Source: Elusimicrobiota bacterium (GTDB lineage Bacteria > Elusimicrobiota > Elusimicrobia > UBA1565). Taken from it: a DNA stretch of 39,701 nucleotides. Position 1 is the stretch's first letter. The number at the start of each line of letters is the position of its first letter. The stretch lies in NCBI GenBank assembly GCA_043827405.1, contig JBDRPD010000084.1:1-39701 (forward strand). The letters are read 5' to 3'. Shown here in pieces: positions 1 to 9,289 of the stretch. The position numbers and the translations under genes were made by a program. The notes under the pieces are model-generated. The model had not been told where the DNA came from and ran no database searches. It saw only the letters and a program-made list of their open reading frames with translations.

Positions 1-68
1 GGCCTGTTTCGCGGGCGGCAGGGCGGGGGCGCGGTTGAGCCTGGGTGCGAGGCACAGTGGAATTAACT

Positions 69-671
69 ATGTCTAAAAAAAGTGAATTCTTAAATCCTGC
101 ACAAATAGAGTTATTGAGGAAATCCGTGGGAGAAGAGTTCTTCCGCATCTTCGCGCACAATGCCTCCCTTAGTGCGGATACGTCGGTGGTAGAGTCCTCC
201 GGCATTACAATCGAAATCAATAAGCCTCAGAGCGCGCCTGAGTGCCCACACATTGGTTTTGAATATTGGGAGGATGAAGAAGATGAGGATCATTATCGGC
301 TTATCGTTCAAGAAACTAACTCCTACGTTCACCCCGTGACAGCAGCATGGAGTGAAGCGCGAGATAGAATTGTCAAGAAAGATAAAACCCCTAAAGAATT
401 GGATGCACCTCAATACCAGGACGACTTTTATATGGGCGTTTACTTTTTTAACAAAGGCGCACTGGTGTCGATTGACGTTTACCGAGGAAGCCCGAATGGG
501 GATGAGCCCGATCCAATTTCAGATACATTGCTGATTTTTAATCATGCGGCAGGGAGTACTTTTGCAATCAAAGTTTCGGCGTGTGGGATGCAGGGTTTAA
601 TGATTTCATTCTCGAAGGAAATTATATGCGAATGGAAAAAAGACTATTCAAAATTCGACGTGCTTAGTTAA
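69..671 (+). CDS. Hypothetical protein, AT-rich cargo gene
   Basis: Uninterrupted ORF (track 45..671; ATG at 69, MSKKSEF). Visibly more AT-rich than the housekeeping genes. No family recognised. Confidence 0.7.
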   Translation: MSKKSEFLNPAQIELLRKSVGEEFFRIFAHNASLSADTSVVESSGITIEINKPQSAPECPHIGFEYWEDEEDEDHYRLIVQETNSYVHPVTAAWSEARDRIVKKDKTPKELDAPQYQDDFYMGVYFFNKGALVSIDVYRGSPNGDEPDPISDTLLIFNHAAGSTFAIKVSACGMQGLMISFSKEIICEWKKDYSKFDVLS

Positions 672-741
672 TGGCGTCTAGTAATCCCTTTAGCCGCCAA
701 TCCGAAGGAGAGCTACCAAATGGCGGCTGAGCGTAAGCGTT

Positions 742-1229
742 GAAGCTGTAGGAAAACCCCCTCTGTCGACGACATAAGCGCTAAAATAGGCTCATCCTGA
801 TTTAGGAGGCCTTCCGATGGCGCGCTATAAGCCCACCAATTACGCCCAAGGTCAGTTCATCTCGATCGCGTTCGAACACCAGATCCTGCCCGGCACTTTC
901 GAACACGCCCTCAACTACATCGTCGACAACAAGCTGAAATTCGAGCGCCTGGATGCCGCCCGCAAGAACGACGACGGCGGCGCGCCGGCCTACGATCCGC
1001 GCATAATGCTTAAGATCGTTTTGTTCGCGTACTCTCGCGGCGTCGTTTCCAGCCGAGAGATCGAGACCGCCTGCAATCAGAAGGTGGTAATGATGGCTCT
1101 CTCGGCGAACTCGCGCCCGCATTTCACGACGATAGCGCAGTTCGTCCGGGAACTCGACAATGCGATTAAAGACCTTTTTGTCGACGTGCTCCTGTACTGC
1201 GATGAGTTGAACCTGATCGGCAGGGAGAG
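742..1229 (+). mobile_element. Truncated IS1182-family insertion sequence (left end plus 5' part of transposase)
   Basis: GAAGCTGTAGGAAAACCCC at 742 resembles IS1182-type termini and is followed by a transposase N-terminus at 817. Boundaries are approximate. Confidence 0.6.
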
Positions 1230-1302
1230 AAAAGCTGGTGTCCAAAAAGTGTCCATCCGGGACACAAAACGGTCAATATCCATACAAACAGACACCAAAT
1301 GA
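817..1302 (+). pseudogene. IS1182-family transposase fragment (DUF772-type N-terminal domain only)
   Basis: Motifs GAPAYDPRIMLKIVLFAYSRGVVSSREIE and PHFTTIAQF are typical of IS1182 transposases. Similarity stops at LNLIGRE, just before the expected first catalytic 'IDG' motif; the remainder is read-through into non-coding DNA. Confidence 0.85.
1238..1296. repeat. GTGTCC/GGACAC short repeats resembling integrase arm-type sites
   Basis: GTGTCCA at 1238-1244 and 1249-1255 (11-bp period), an inverted GGACAC at 1260-1265, and GACACC near 1291-1296. Confidence 0.5.
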
Positions 1303-1347
1303 AAAACCCGAATTCCTCAGGTTTCCCCGACAGAATTCGGGTTTTTC
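1301..1347. terminator. Perfect 15-bp inverted repeat, probable bidirectional terminator or att-associated hairpin
   Basis: GAAAAACCCGAATTC (1301-1315) and GAATTCGGGTTTTTC (1333-1347), with A/T tracts at the outer ends. Confidence 0.6.
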
Positions 1348-1383
1348 GACGACGAATCAGTCCGGCGCTTTTTGCGCCTTTTC

Positions 1384-1424
1384 CGTTTATGAAACGCCCG
1401 CTCTAACCCCTGAGCTACCGCGCC
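1384..1424 (-). pseudogene. 5' half of a tRNA with CAT anticodon (probably elongator Met), truncated after the anticodon loop
   Basis: Minus strand reads GGCGCGG TA GCTC AGGGGTTA GAGC G GGCGT TT CAT AA ACG and then diverges (expected ACGCC). No T-arm or acceptor 3' strand follows. Confidence 0.85.
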
Positions 1425-1434
1425 AACCAGATAT

Positions 1435-1443
1435 ATTGTAGCA
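1435..1443 (-). promoter_or_regulatory. Extended -10 promoter element for the tRNA(CAT) fragment
   Basis: TGcTACAAT on the minus strand, 10 nt upstream of tRNA position 1. Confidence 0.55.
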
Positions 1444-1461
1444 ATTGATCCTGACGGCGCC

Positions 1462-2463
1462 TCAGGCGCCGCGGACCTTGTCGATCTCGGCGCAGATCGC
1501 CGGAACAACCTTGAATACGTCGCCCTGCACCGCATAGGTCGCCAGCTTCATCATCGGGCAGTCTGCGTCCGTATTGATCGCGACGATGGTGCCGCTCGCG
1601 TTCATTCCCGCGAGATGCTGGATCTGTCCCGATATGCCGCAGGCGAAATAGAGCTTCGGCCTGACCGAGCGCCCGGTGAGCCCCACCTGGTTCTTGTAGG
1701 GAATCCAGCCCGCGTCCACGGCCGCGCGGCTCGCGCCGATGGCCGCGCCGAACTTCTTCGCCAGCTCGCGGATGACCTGGAAACCCTCGGCATTGGCCAA
1801 GCCCCGGCCCCCGGCGACGATCCTCTCGGCGCCCGACATATCGACCTCGTCCGACTCATCGGCCGCAAACTTTACGTACTCGGTCCGCAGCTTCCACGCG
1901 GAAGGGTCGACCGCGAAGTCCGCGATCTCGGCCTTCTTGTCGCCGGCCGCCGCCCGCTCGAACGCCATCGGCCGCACCGTGGCGATCTCCGGGTTCGACT
2001 TAAGCAGAACCTTCGCGATGACATTGCCCGCATAGCAGCTGCGTTTGACGACGAGGCGCTTCTCCCCGTCGAGCTCGAGATCGACCGCATCCGCCGCCAG
2101 CCCGGCCTTGAGGGCCACCGCCAGCCGGGGAGCCAGCGACCGTCCGTACACCGAGGCCGGGAATAGTATGGTCTTCGGTTTCTCGGCTTCGGCCGCAGCT
2201 TTGAGGGCCGCGGCATAGGCTTCATCCACGTAGTCCTTCAGCGACTCGTGCTCAATGACGAGGACCTTATCGGCCCCTTTGTCGGCGGCTTCGGCCGCCT
2301 GCTCCTTTACGCCGGGACCGCCGATCAGCACGGCGGTAAGAGGTTCGCCCCTCTCGTCCGCGAGCCTGCGGCCGGCCGTCAGCAGCTCAAAGAGCGTCGA
2401 GGCCAGCTTGCCGCGCCGACTCTCGGCGACGCACCATATTCCTTTGCCTGCATAATCTGCCAT
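1462..2463 (-). CDS. etfA: Electron transfer flavoprotein subunit alpha
   Basis: IVAGGRG, GASRAAVDAGW, QVGLTG and GISGQIQHLAGM motifs; start MADYAGK at 2463. Confidence 0.95.
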   Translation of the reverse strand: MADYAGKGIWCVAESRRGKLASTLFELLTAGRRLADERGEPLTAVLIGGPGVKEQAAEAADKGADKVLVIEHESLKDYVDEAYAAALKAAAEAEKPKTILFPASVYGRSLAPRLAVALKAGLAADAVDLELDGEKRLVVKRSCYAGNVIAKVLLKSNPEIATVRPMAFERAAAGDKKAEIADFAVDPSAWKLRTEYVKFAADESDEVDMSGAERIVAGGRGLANAEGFQVIRELAKKFGAAIGASRAAVDAGWIPYKNQVGLTGRSVRPKLYFACGISGQIQHLAGMNASGTIVAINTDADCPMMKLATYAVQGDVFKVVPAICAEIDKVRGA

Positions 2464-2479
2464 AGGAGTATCTCCTGCC

Positions 2480-3286
2480 TCAAATAAACTTCTGCTCTTT
2501 GAGCTTCTCGACAAGCGCTTTGGCCTTGTCCTCGGCGGTCTCGCCCGCGATCACCATCCCCGCCGAACGGCTGGGGATCGCCGACATCTCGATAACCTCA
2601 GCGAGAGCGCCGGCCTTGCCGACCGCCGCCGCATCCACGGAGAGGTCCGCGGCGCCCCATTTGAGGACCGTGGCTTTCTTGGCGCCCATCTTGCCTTTTA
2701 GCGACGGCAGCCGCGGCTCATTGATCTCCTTGGTCACTCCGACGACCACCGGGAACGTGTACTTGAGCGTATCGGCGCCGTCCTCGGCCAGGCGCTCGAC
2801 CGTAAGCCCCGCTTCCGAGATTTCGCTGATCTTTCGCACCACGGTGGCGCTCGGCCACTCGAGCCAGGCGCCGACCTGCGCGGTCATATGTCCCGATTCC
2901 CCGTCGTTGGTCTGCTTGCCGAACAGCACGAGCTGGACCTCGCCGTCGGTCGCGCTGATCTTCTTGATCGCCTGCGCGAGGATATAGGAGGTCCCGTACG
3001 TGCACGACCCCGCGAAGGCGGCGTCGGAAACGAGCACGCCTCCGGTGGCGCCGAGCGCGATTCCGGCGCGGATCACCGCGTCCGCCTCGTCGGTACCCAT
3101 CGACAAGATGGTCACCTTGCTGTCGGCGATCTTCTCCTTGATGCGCAGCGCCTCTTCGACGGCGTACTCATCGAGGGGATTCATCGCATGCGGTACGCCC
3201 TCGGTCTTGACCTGGCCGGAAGCGTCGATGGCGATTCCCGTCGACGCCGGCGTTCTCTTTACGCAAACGACGACATGGAGTCCCAT
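2480..3286 (-). CDS. etfB: Electron transfer flavoprotein subunit beta
   Basis: VVCVKR, MNPLDEYAVEEALRIKE, GKQTNDG and INEPRLPSLKG motifs; adjacent to etfA. Confidence 0.95.
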   Translation of the reverse strand: MGLHVVVCVKRTPASTGIAIDASGQVKTEGVPHAMNPLDEYAVEEALRIKEKIADSKVTILSMGTDEADAVIRAGIALGATGGVLVSDAAFAGSCTYGTSYILAQAIKKISATDGEVQLVLFGKQTNDGESGHMTAQVGAWLEWPSATVVRKISEISEAGLTVERLAEDGADTLKYTFPVVVGVTKEINEPRLPSLKGKMGAKKATVLKWGAADLSVDAAAVGKAGALAEVIEMSAIPSRSAGMVIAGETAEDKAKALVEKLKEQKFI

Positions 3287-4530
3287 TAGGCTGCTCCGGC
3301 CTGCTTCGCCGAAGAGGCCGCCTCCTTGACGATCATCATCGCGATCTCGTTGCGCTGCACCTGATTCGCGCCCTCATAGATCTGCGTGATCTTGGCGTCG
3401 CGCATAAACTTTTCAACGGGGAAATCGCGCATATAGCCGATTCCGCCGCACATCTGCACGCAGTCGGTCGTGACCTTCATCGCCATATCCGAGCAGAAGA
3501 CCTTGACCATCGCCGATTCCTTGGTCCAGCGCGGGACCTTCATTTTCTTCTGCGCGTCGTAGACGGTGATCCCCTCCTTGACGGCCATCTGCACCGACGG
3601 GAGGAGCGCATCGTCCATGCAGCGGACGGCCACGTAGAGCAGGGCGCGCGCCGCCTCGATCTGTGTTGCGCAGTCGGCGATCATATGCCCGATCGCCTGG
3701 AAGCTCGAGACCGGCACGCCGAACTGCGTGCGCTGGCGGGTGTAGGACAGGACTTCGTCGAGAGCGCCCTGCGCGATGCCTACGGCCTGCGCGCCGACTC
3801 CCGGCCGCGACAGGTCAAAGGTCCCCTGCGCCACGAACAGCCCGAAGCCCTCGCGATAGAGCAGGTTCTCCTTGGGCACCCGGCAGTCCTTAAAGACCAG
3901 CTCGTACGTGGAGTTGGCGCGGATACCCATCTTCTCTTCCTTTTTGCCGAAAGTGAAGCCGGGAGTGTCCTTGTCCACAACGAAGGCGCTGATCCCGCGG
4001 GCGCCTTTCGACGGGTTGGTGCTGAAGAAGACGACATAGGTATGCGCTTCCTTGCCGGAAGAGCAGAAGTTCTTGATGCCGTTTAGGATGTAATGGTCGC
4101 CGTCCTTTTGCGCCGTGGCGATCATCGATGTGGCGTCCGAGCCGGCGCCCGGCTCGGTGATGCAGAAGGCTCCGAGCTTCTCGCCGCTGGCCAAAGCCGG
4201 GAGGAAACGCTTGCGCTGCTCCGGGCTGCCGAACAGCAGGATCGGGAGGGCGCAGAGAGACGAGGTGGCCACGCTCAGCGCGATGCCGCCGCAAGCCCGG
4301 GAAAGCTGCTCCATCGCGATACAAAGCTCAAAGTTGCCGCCGCCCATGCCGCCGACCTCTTCCGGAAGATAGACGCCGAAAAGGTCCGCCTTGCGTATCT
4401 CTTCGACGATCTCCCACGGGAACTCTTCGGTCTTGTCGTAATGCTCGCGAACCGGCTTAATCTTCTTCTCCGCGATTTCATGCGCGATATTCACGATTTC
4501 CTGCTGCATTTCCGTAAACTTATGATCCAT
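3286..4530 (-). CDS. Acyl-CoA dehydrogenase (butyryl-CoA dehydrogenase-like)
   Basis: GAFCITEPGAGSDA, KEEKMGIRA and RDAKITQIYEGANQVQR motifs; translationally coupled to etfB. Confidence 0.93.
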   Translation of the reverse strand: MDHKFTEMQQEIVNIAHEIAEKKIKPVREHYDKTEEFPWEIVEEIRKADLFGVYLPEEVGGMGGGNFELCIAMEQLSRACGGIALSVATSSLCALPILLFGSPEQRKRFLPALASGEKLGAFCITEPGAGSDATSMIATAQKDGDHYILNGIKNFCSSGKEAHTYVVFFSTNPSKGARGISAFVVDKDTPGFTFGKKEEKMGIRANSTYELVFKDCRVPKENLLYREGFGLFVAQGTFDLSRPGVGAQAVGIAQGALDEVLSYTRQRTQFGVPVSSFQAIGHMIADCATQIEAARALLYVAVRCMDDALLPSVQMAVKEGITVYDAQKKMKVPRWTKESAMVKVFCSDMAMKVTTDCVQMCGGIGYMRDFPVEKFMRDAKITQIYEGANQVQRNEIAMMIVKEAASSAKQAGAA

Positions 4531-4567
4531 AGTCTCCCCCCTAAAAATTTCCCTATGCGTCCGTCGC

Positions 4568-5254
4568 CTACGCCTCGCCGCCGTCCGCGGATCGCGGTAT
4601 CTGCTGCAGCGCGTCCTGTGCCGCCGCCTGCTCCGCCTCTTTCTTCGTCTTCCCGGTCCCGATTCCCATCATGCGCGAACCCAACCGGACCTTTACTGTA
4701 AAGGTCTTGTCATGGTCCGGACCGGTGGTCTCCACCAACTCATAGTTGGGCGGGACCTTGTGCTGCTTCTGCACGATCTCCTGCAGGCCGCTCTTGTAAT
4801 CGCTCTCCTCGATCAACTCATTATGATCAAGGAAGAGCCGGTGCAGGAGGCTGCGCGCCTTCTCGTAACCGCCGTCCAGGTAGACGGCCCCGATAATGGC
4901 TTCCATGGCATTGGAGAGGATGCTCGGGCGGTCCCTTCCGCCCGTCGTCTCCTCTCCGCTGCCTAGGAAGACATACCGGCCGACTCCGATATCCTCGGCC
5001 CACCGGGCCAAGGTAGCCCGCGACACGAGGCTGGACTTGAGCTTGGATAGATGCCCCTCATCCCGCTTCGCGAAGCTAAGGAAGAGGTGATGCGCAACGA
5101 CGACAGCCAGTACACTATCGCCCAGGAACTCCAGGCGTTCGTTATGCCTTTCCGTTCCTTGTTCGAAGGCGTACGACTTGTGCGTCAGAGCCTCCTGGAG
5201 GAGCTCGGCGTCCGTAAAACGGTAGCCGAGCACCTCTTCTATTGAGGCTTCCAT
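4568..5254 (-). CDS. rnc: Ribonuclease III
   Basis: HNERLEFLGDSVL signature and C-terminal dsRBD (DYKSGLQE...GKTKKEAEQAAA). True start is MEASIEE at 5254; the ORF track over-extends into acpP. Confidence 0.96.
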   Translation of the reverse strand: MEASIEEVLGYRFTDAELLQEALTHKSYAFEQGTERHNERLEFLGDSVLAVVVAHHLFLSFAKRDEGHLSKLKSSLVSRATLARWAEDIGVGRYVFLGSGEETTGGRDRPSILSNAMEAIIGAVYLDGGYEKARSLLHRLFLDHNELIEESDYKSGLQEIVQKQHKVPPNYELVETTGPDHDKTFTVKVRLGSRMMGIGTGKTKKEAEQAAAQDALQQIPRSADGGEA

Positions 5255-5273
5255 CCGGGCACGCGTCCCGACG

Positions 5274-5519
5274 CTACTTTTTCGCGTTGGCCTTGATGTA
5301 GTCGATGGCCTGTCCGACGGTCTGAATCTTTTCGGCCTGCTCGTCCGGAATCTCGGTATCGAACTCCTCTTCGAGCGCCATAACCAGCTCGACGGTGTCC
5401 AAAGAATCCGCACCCAGGTCGTTGACGAAATGCGCCGCCGCCGTAACTTCGCCGGCATCCACACCCAACTGCTCGACGATGATCTTCTTAACGCGCTCTT
5501 CGTAGTTGTTGTCAGCCAT
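5274..5519 (-). CDS. acpP: Acyl carrier protein
   Basis: [20 protein letters not shown] phosphopantetheine attachment motif. Confidence 0.98.
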   Translation of the reverse strand: MADNNYEERVKKIIVEQLGVDAGEVTAAAHFVNDLGADSLDTVELVMALEEEFDTEIPDEQAEKIQTVGQAIDYIKANAKK

Positions 5520-5551
5520 GATATTCTCCTGTGTTGTGATGTACGGACGAT

Positions 5552-6340
5552 CTAAAGGTTCATTCCACCGTTAACGCCGACGACCTGTCCCGTAATATAG
5601 GACGCATCTTCCGACGCCAGGAACATCACCACGCCGGCGATCTCTTTGGGCTCCGCCATGCGGGGGATCAAGCAGCGCTGAAGCATCCGTTCCTTCGCTT
5701 CTTCCGAAACAGCGTCCGTCATGCGGGTCTTGACGAAGCCGGGCGCGATCGCATTGACGCGGATATTGCGGCTCGAGAACTCCTTGGCGCAGGCCTTGGA
5801 GAAGGCGATCAGGCCGCCCTTGGACGCCGCGTAGTTCGCCTGTCCGATATTGCCTTCCTGCCCGACGACAGAGGCGATGTTGATGATGCTGCCCGCCTTA
5901 TTCTTGAACAACGGACGCACGCACGCCTTGGTAATATTGAAGGCACCCTTGAGGTTCACGGCCATGACCACGTCCCAGTCCTCCTCAGACAGCCGCATCA
6001 CCAGGTTGTCTTTAGTGATGCCCGCGTTATTGACGAGGATATCGACTCGGTCGAACTTCTCAACTACAGCCTTAACCGCATCCTGACACGCCTTTCCGTC
6101 GGTGACATCCGCCGCCAGGCCCAGAGTCTCGGATCCTGCACAGAGATTTTTAATCTCGTCCGCCGTAGCCTTCGTCTGCCCCTCATCCAAGTCAATGACG
6201 CAAACCTTGGCGCCCTCTAGTATAAACCTCTCGGCGATCGCCCGGCCGATCCCTTGGGCCCCGCCCGTGATGATCGCGACCTTATCCTTAAGTCTTTGCG
6301 CGCCCAACGTCGTTGTTGCGGCTTTCTCCTCTACAGTCAT
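5552..6340 (-). CDS. fabG: 3-oxoacyl-ACP reductase
   Basis: [16 protein letters not shown] and YAASK SDR motifs; start MTVEEK at 6340 with an upstream GGGAGA RBS; directly upstream of acpP. Confidence 0.93.
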   Translation of the reverse strand: MTVEEKAATTTLGAQRLKDKVAIITGGAQGIGRAIAERFILEGAKVCVIDLDEGQTKATADEIKNLCAGSETLGLAADVTDGKACQDAVKAVVEKFDRVDILVNNAGITKDNLVMRLSEEDWDVVMAVNLKGAFNITKACVRPLFKNKAGSIINIASVVGQEGNIGQANYAASKGGLIAFSKACAKEFSSRNIRVNAIAPGFVKTRMTDAVSEEAKERMLQRCLIPRMAEPKEIAGVVMFLASEDASYITGQVVGVNGGMNL

Positions 6341-6368
6341 GATCTCTCCCTGGTTAGTGCGCTCCCTG

Positions 6369-7412
6369 TTAGATCGCGCGGGCGACTTCCATGTCGGACT
6401 GCATGTCCTCCAGACGGCCCTTAATCCGCTCGTGGACATCCGAATTCGCCAGCGCCGCTGCGGTACGAATCGACTCTCCGACCGCGTCCGGTAAATCTGT
6501 CCGGCGGCAAAGCACCACCGGCTTGCCGATCCCGAGGATCGGGCTCCCCCCTGTCGCGGCAAGCTGCAGGCGATGAGAAAAGCGGTTCAGCGTGCCGTTG
6601 AGCGCCGCCGCTCCCAACCGGCCGAGTGCGCTTGCTGCTGCTTCCGATTCTAGCATTTCAAAATACGTCCAAGACAAGCCCTCAAAGAGGCCGCGGCAAA
6701 TATCGCCCGTGCACCCATCGGTGACGATGACGTCAGTTTTTCCGGCCGCCAGCTCCTCGCCGCGGATCATGCCGCGAAATTGGATCCCGGCATACTTCAG
6801 CAGCGGCAGGCTCTCGCTCACCAGGTCGCAGGCGCCGCCGCCTTCCATGCGCGGCGCCAGAAGGCCGACGCTGGGCTCTTCGATGCCGTACATGTGCTTG
6901 GCATAAAGCGAACCCATCAGCGCGAACTGCAGGATATGCCACGGCTTGCAGTCATAGTTCGCGCCGGCATCCAGCAGCAGCGACGTCCCGCGCGGAGTGG
7001 GGAGAGGACTGACAAGTACCGGGCGAAGAACGCCGCGCAAGCGCTTGAGATGCCACAGCGCGCCCGCCACCGAAGCGCCGATACCGCCGGTCGCTATCAG
7101 AGCTTGGGCGTTGTTGGCGGCGACCGCCTCCGCCGCGCGCAGGATAGACGCGTCCGGCTTCTCACGGCAGGCGGCCTGAGGGTCCTCGTCGGCGGCGATA
7201 ACCGTCGGCGCATCAACGATCTCGATATCCGCGTCGCCGTAGAGGCCCAGCCCGCGGAGCTCCGCCTCCAGGGCTGAACGGTGACCGACGAACAGCAGTT
7301 CGATTCCCTGCGTCCGCGCGCACTCGACCGAGGCCTCGACAAGCGTATGCAGGCCCGAGGATGTTCCGGCCTCGGCGCCGCCGACGTGCGCCGCCTCGAC
7401 GGCAATACGCAT
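6369..7412 (-). CDS. plsX: PlsX-family phosphate acyltransferase, divergent
   Basis: Lies after rpmF; LKRLRGVLRP, LLDAGAN, DVIVTDG and GGSPILGI motifs. Several canonical motifs are altered. Confidence 0.75.
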   Translation of the reverse strand: MRIAVEAAHVGGAEAGTSSGLHTLVEASVECARTQGIELLFVGHRSALEAELRGLGLYGDADIEIVDAPTVIAADEDPQAACREKPDASILRAAEAVAANNAQALIATGGIGASVAGALWHLKRLRGVLRPVLVSPLPTPRGTSLLLDAGANYDCKPWHILQFALMGSLYAKHMYGIEEPSVGLLAPRMEGGGACDLVSESLPLLKYAGIQFRGMIRGEELAAGKTDVIVTDGCTGDICRGLFEGLSWTYFEMLESEAAASALGRLGAAALNGTLNRFSHRLQLAATGGSPILGIGKPVVLCRRTDLPDAVGESIRTAAALANSDVHERIKGRLEDMQSDMEVARAI

Positions 7413-7642
7413 CAGCTATCCTCTTCCTTAGTCTCCTTTCCCTTCGCGCTTTTGCTCTTTTTGTCCTTTTTTGCGATCACGAGCTTGCCGTTGTAAAAGC
7501 CGCAGCTCGGACACACCGTATGCCCGGGACGCGCCGCGCCGCAGTTGGAGCAGCTGCTCGTCGCCTCGACTTTCAAGCTCCAGTTCTTATTGCGGCGGCT
7601 CATCGTCCGATGCCGCGTCTGTCTTCTTTTGGGATTAGCCAT
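7412..7642 (-). CDS. rpmF: 50S ribosomal protein L32
   Basis: MANPKRR N-terminus with CSNCG...HTVCPSCGFYNG zinc ribbon. Confidence 0.95.
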   Translation of the reverse strand: MANPKRRQTRHRTMSRRNKNWSLKVEATSSCSNCGAARPGHTVCPSCGFYNGKLVIAKKDKKSKSAKGKETKEEDS

Positions 7643-7654
7643 TCGAATGCCTCT

Positions 7655-8161
7655 TTAATCTTTCGTCTTGAATTTCTTAAGTGCGGCAAATGGGGACTTC
7701 TTCTGCTCCTCGTCCAACGGCAGCGGCGCCGGCGGCGGGCAGCCGCATGCCCCCTCGTTGAGGTTGATGCCGCATACCGCGCACAGTCCCTTGCAGTCCG
7801 TGCGGCACAAGGAGCGCTGCGGGACCTCCGTCAGCACAACGTCGCGCAATTCCGGTCCAAGGTCGATCGTCTCCTGGTCCATCGGGTAGGTCTCTTCGGT
7901 AACGGCGCTGAAACCCGCCCGATGCGCGACCAAGCATCGGCTGCATCCGGTGAGCCAGGCGCCCGTCAGCGTCGCCTGCAGCAGGATAAGGTCCCCCCCG
8001 ACGGAAAAATCCAGAACCGCCGTGACCGGATCAGCCAGCTTCGCATCCTCCACGGGCTCGATCATGAGATCGTCGGAGGTCAGCGCCAACTCCGTGAACA
8101 TGCCCTGACTCTCGCGTATCTCCGCAACCGAGAAAGTAAGCCCGCCGGCATCCTTGCTCAT
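7655..8161 (-). CDS. yceD: YceD/DUF177 family protein
   Basis: CSRCL and LCRTDCKGLCAVCGINLN motifs, C-terminal SPFAALK; upstream of rpmF. Confidence 0.9.
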   Translation of the reverse strand: MSKDAGGLTFSVAEIRESQGMFTELALTSDDLMIEPVEDAKLADPVTAVLDFSVGGDLILLQATLTGAWLTGCSRCLVAHRAGFSAVTEETYPMDQETIDLGPELRDVVLTEVPQRSLCRTDCKGLCAVCGINLNEGACGCPPPAPLPLDEEQKKSPFAALKKFKTKD

Positions 8162-9153
8162 TCAAAGCCCGCCTTCTCACGCACGAAGTAGATGGGCTTT
8201 TCGCGGACGTCGTAGTAGATGCGCGCCAGGATTTCGGCCAGCAAACCCATCAGCAGCAGCTGGAACCCGATCAAGCAGAAAAAAATCGACACCAAAAACA
8301 GCGGTTGGTCCTTAACATACACTTCCAGCCAGTACTTGTTGTAGAGCGTAACGCCGCCCAAAACCGCACCCGCCCCCAGCATACAGAAGCCGCCGCCGCC
8401 GAACAGATAGCTGGGTTTGGTCAGGTATTCGTTCATGAACTTCACGGTAAAGAGATCCAGCAGCACCTTAAAAATGCGCATGAGGCCGTACTTTGACACG
8501 CCCCGCGTACGCGGCCGGTGATGCACGACCATCTCCGCGATTCGCGCCCCGAGGAATCCCGCCAGCGCCGGGATGAACCGGTGCATTTCCCCAACGATGC
8601 GCAGGTTCTTCAGAAAAGCCGAACGATAGACTTTAAGCGTACAGCCGTAGTCATGCAGCCGGACGCCGGTCATACGGGATATCAGGGCGTTGGCGATCTG
8701 CGACGGCAGGCGGCGCGTCAGCCAGGTGTCCTGACGGTTCCTGCGCCAACCGCTGACGACATCGTACCCCTCTTCAAGGCGCTCGATCATTTTCGGTATA
8801 TCACGCGGATCATTCTGCAGATCCGAATCGATGAGGGCGATAAGCTCGCCGCGCGCGTGATCAATAGCGGCCGCGGTCGCCGCTGTTTGACCGAAGTTTT
8901 TGCCCAGCCGGACGGCGCGAAAGCGCGTCTCGGACGCCATCAGCTCCTGCAGCTTCTGATACGAACCGTCGGTCGACCCGTCGTCGACGAAAATTACCTC
9001 ATAGTCCAAGGCGGACAGCGCCTCACGGATCTCGCGCCCGAGATCCGCCAGGTTCTCTTCCTCATTGTAGACCGGGACTAGAAGGCTCAGCCGCGGGGCT
9101 GATTTCTCGGCCGCGGAGCTTTCCTGTCGGTTCATTCGTTCGGAAACGGCCAT
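8158..9153 (-). CDS. Glycosyltransferase family 2 (ArnC/GtrB-like polyprenyl-phosphate glycosyltransferase)
   Basis: VPVYNEEEN, VDDGSTD, NFGQTAA, DSDLQNDP and GEMHRFIP motifs; two C-terminal hydrophobic helices. Confidence 0.9.
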   Translation of the reverse strand: MAVSERMNRQESSAAEKSAPRLSLLVPVYNEEENLADLGREIREALSALDYEVIFVDDGSTDGSYQKLQELMASETRFRAVRLGKNFGQTAATAAAIDHARGELIALIDSDLQNDPRDIPKMIERLEEGYDVVSGWRRNRQDTWLTRRLPSQIANALISRMTGVRLHDYGCTLKVYRSAFLKNLRIVGEMHRFIPALAGFLGARIAEMVVHHRPRTRGVSKYGLMRIFKVLLDLFTVKFMNEYLTKPSYLFGGGGFCMLGAGAVLGGVTLYNKYWLEVYVKDQPLFLVSIFFCLIGFQLLLMGLLAEILARIYYDVREKPIYFVREKAGFE

Positions 9154-9289
9154 TGATCGCCGCTTATGCCGCCGCGGCTTCCAGTACGGGATCCATGTGC
9201 TTGACGATTTTCTCTAAAGCGCCTAAAAATACGCTGAATAATACGTTCGATTTTATCTTTTTCCAGCGTATTCCGTAAAGTCCTGCCGC

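Noticed and set aside
1230..1388. Possible second group I intron after the CAT anticodon of the tRNA fragment
   Set aside because: No convincing P1 guide, no P/Q/R/S core motifs and no 3' exon in the window; an att junction explains it better.
5255..5464. Apparent N-terminal extension of rnc over acpP, and of fabG (6341-6562) over plsX
   Set aside because: ORF-caller over-extension into neighbouring genes; the extensions have no homology-like content.
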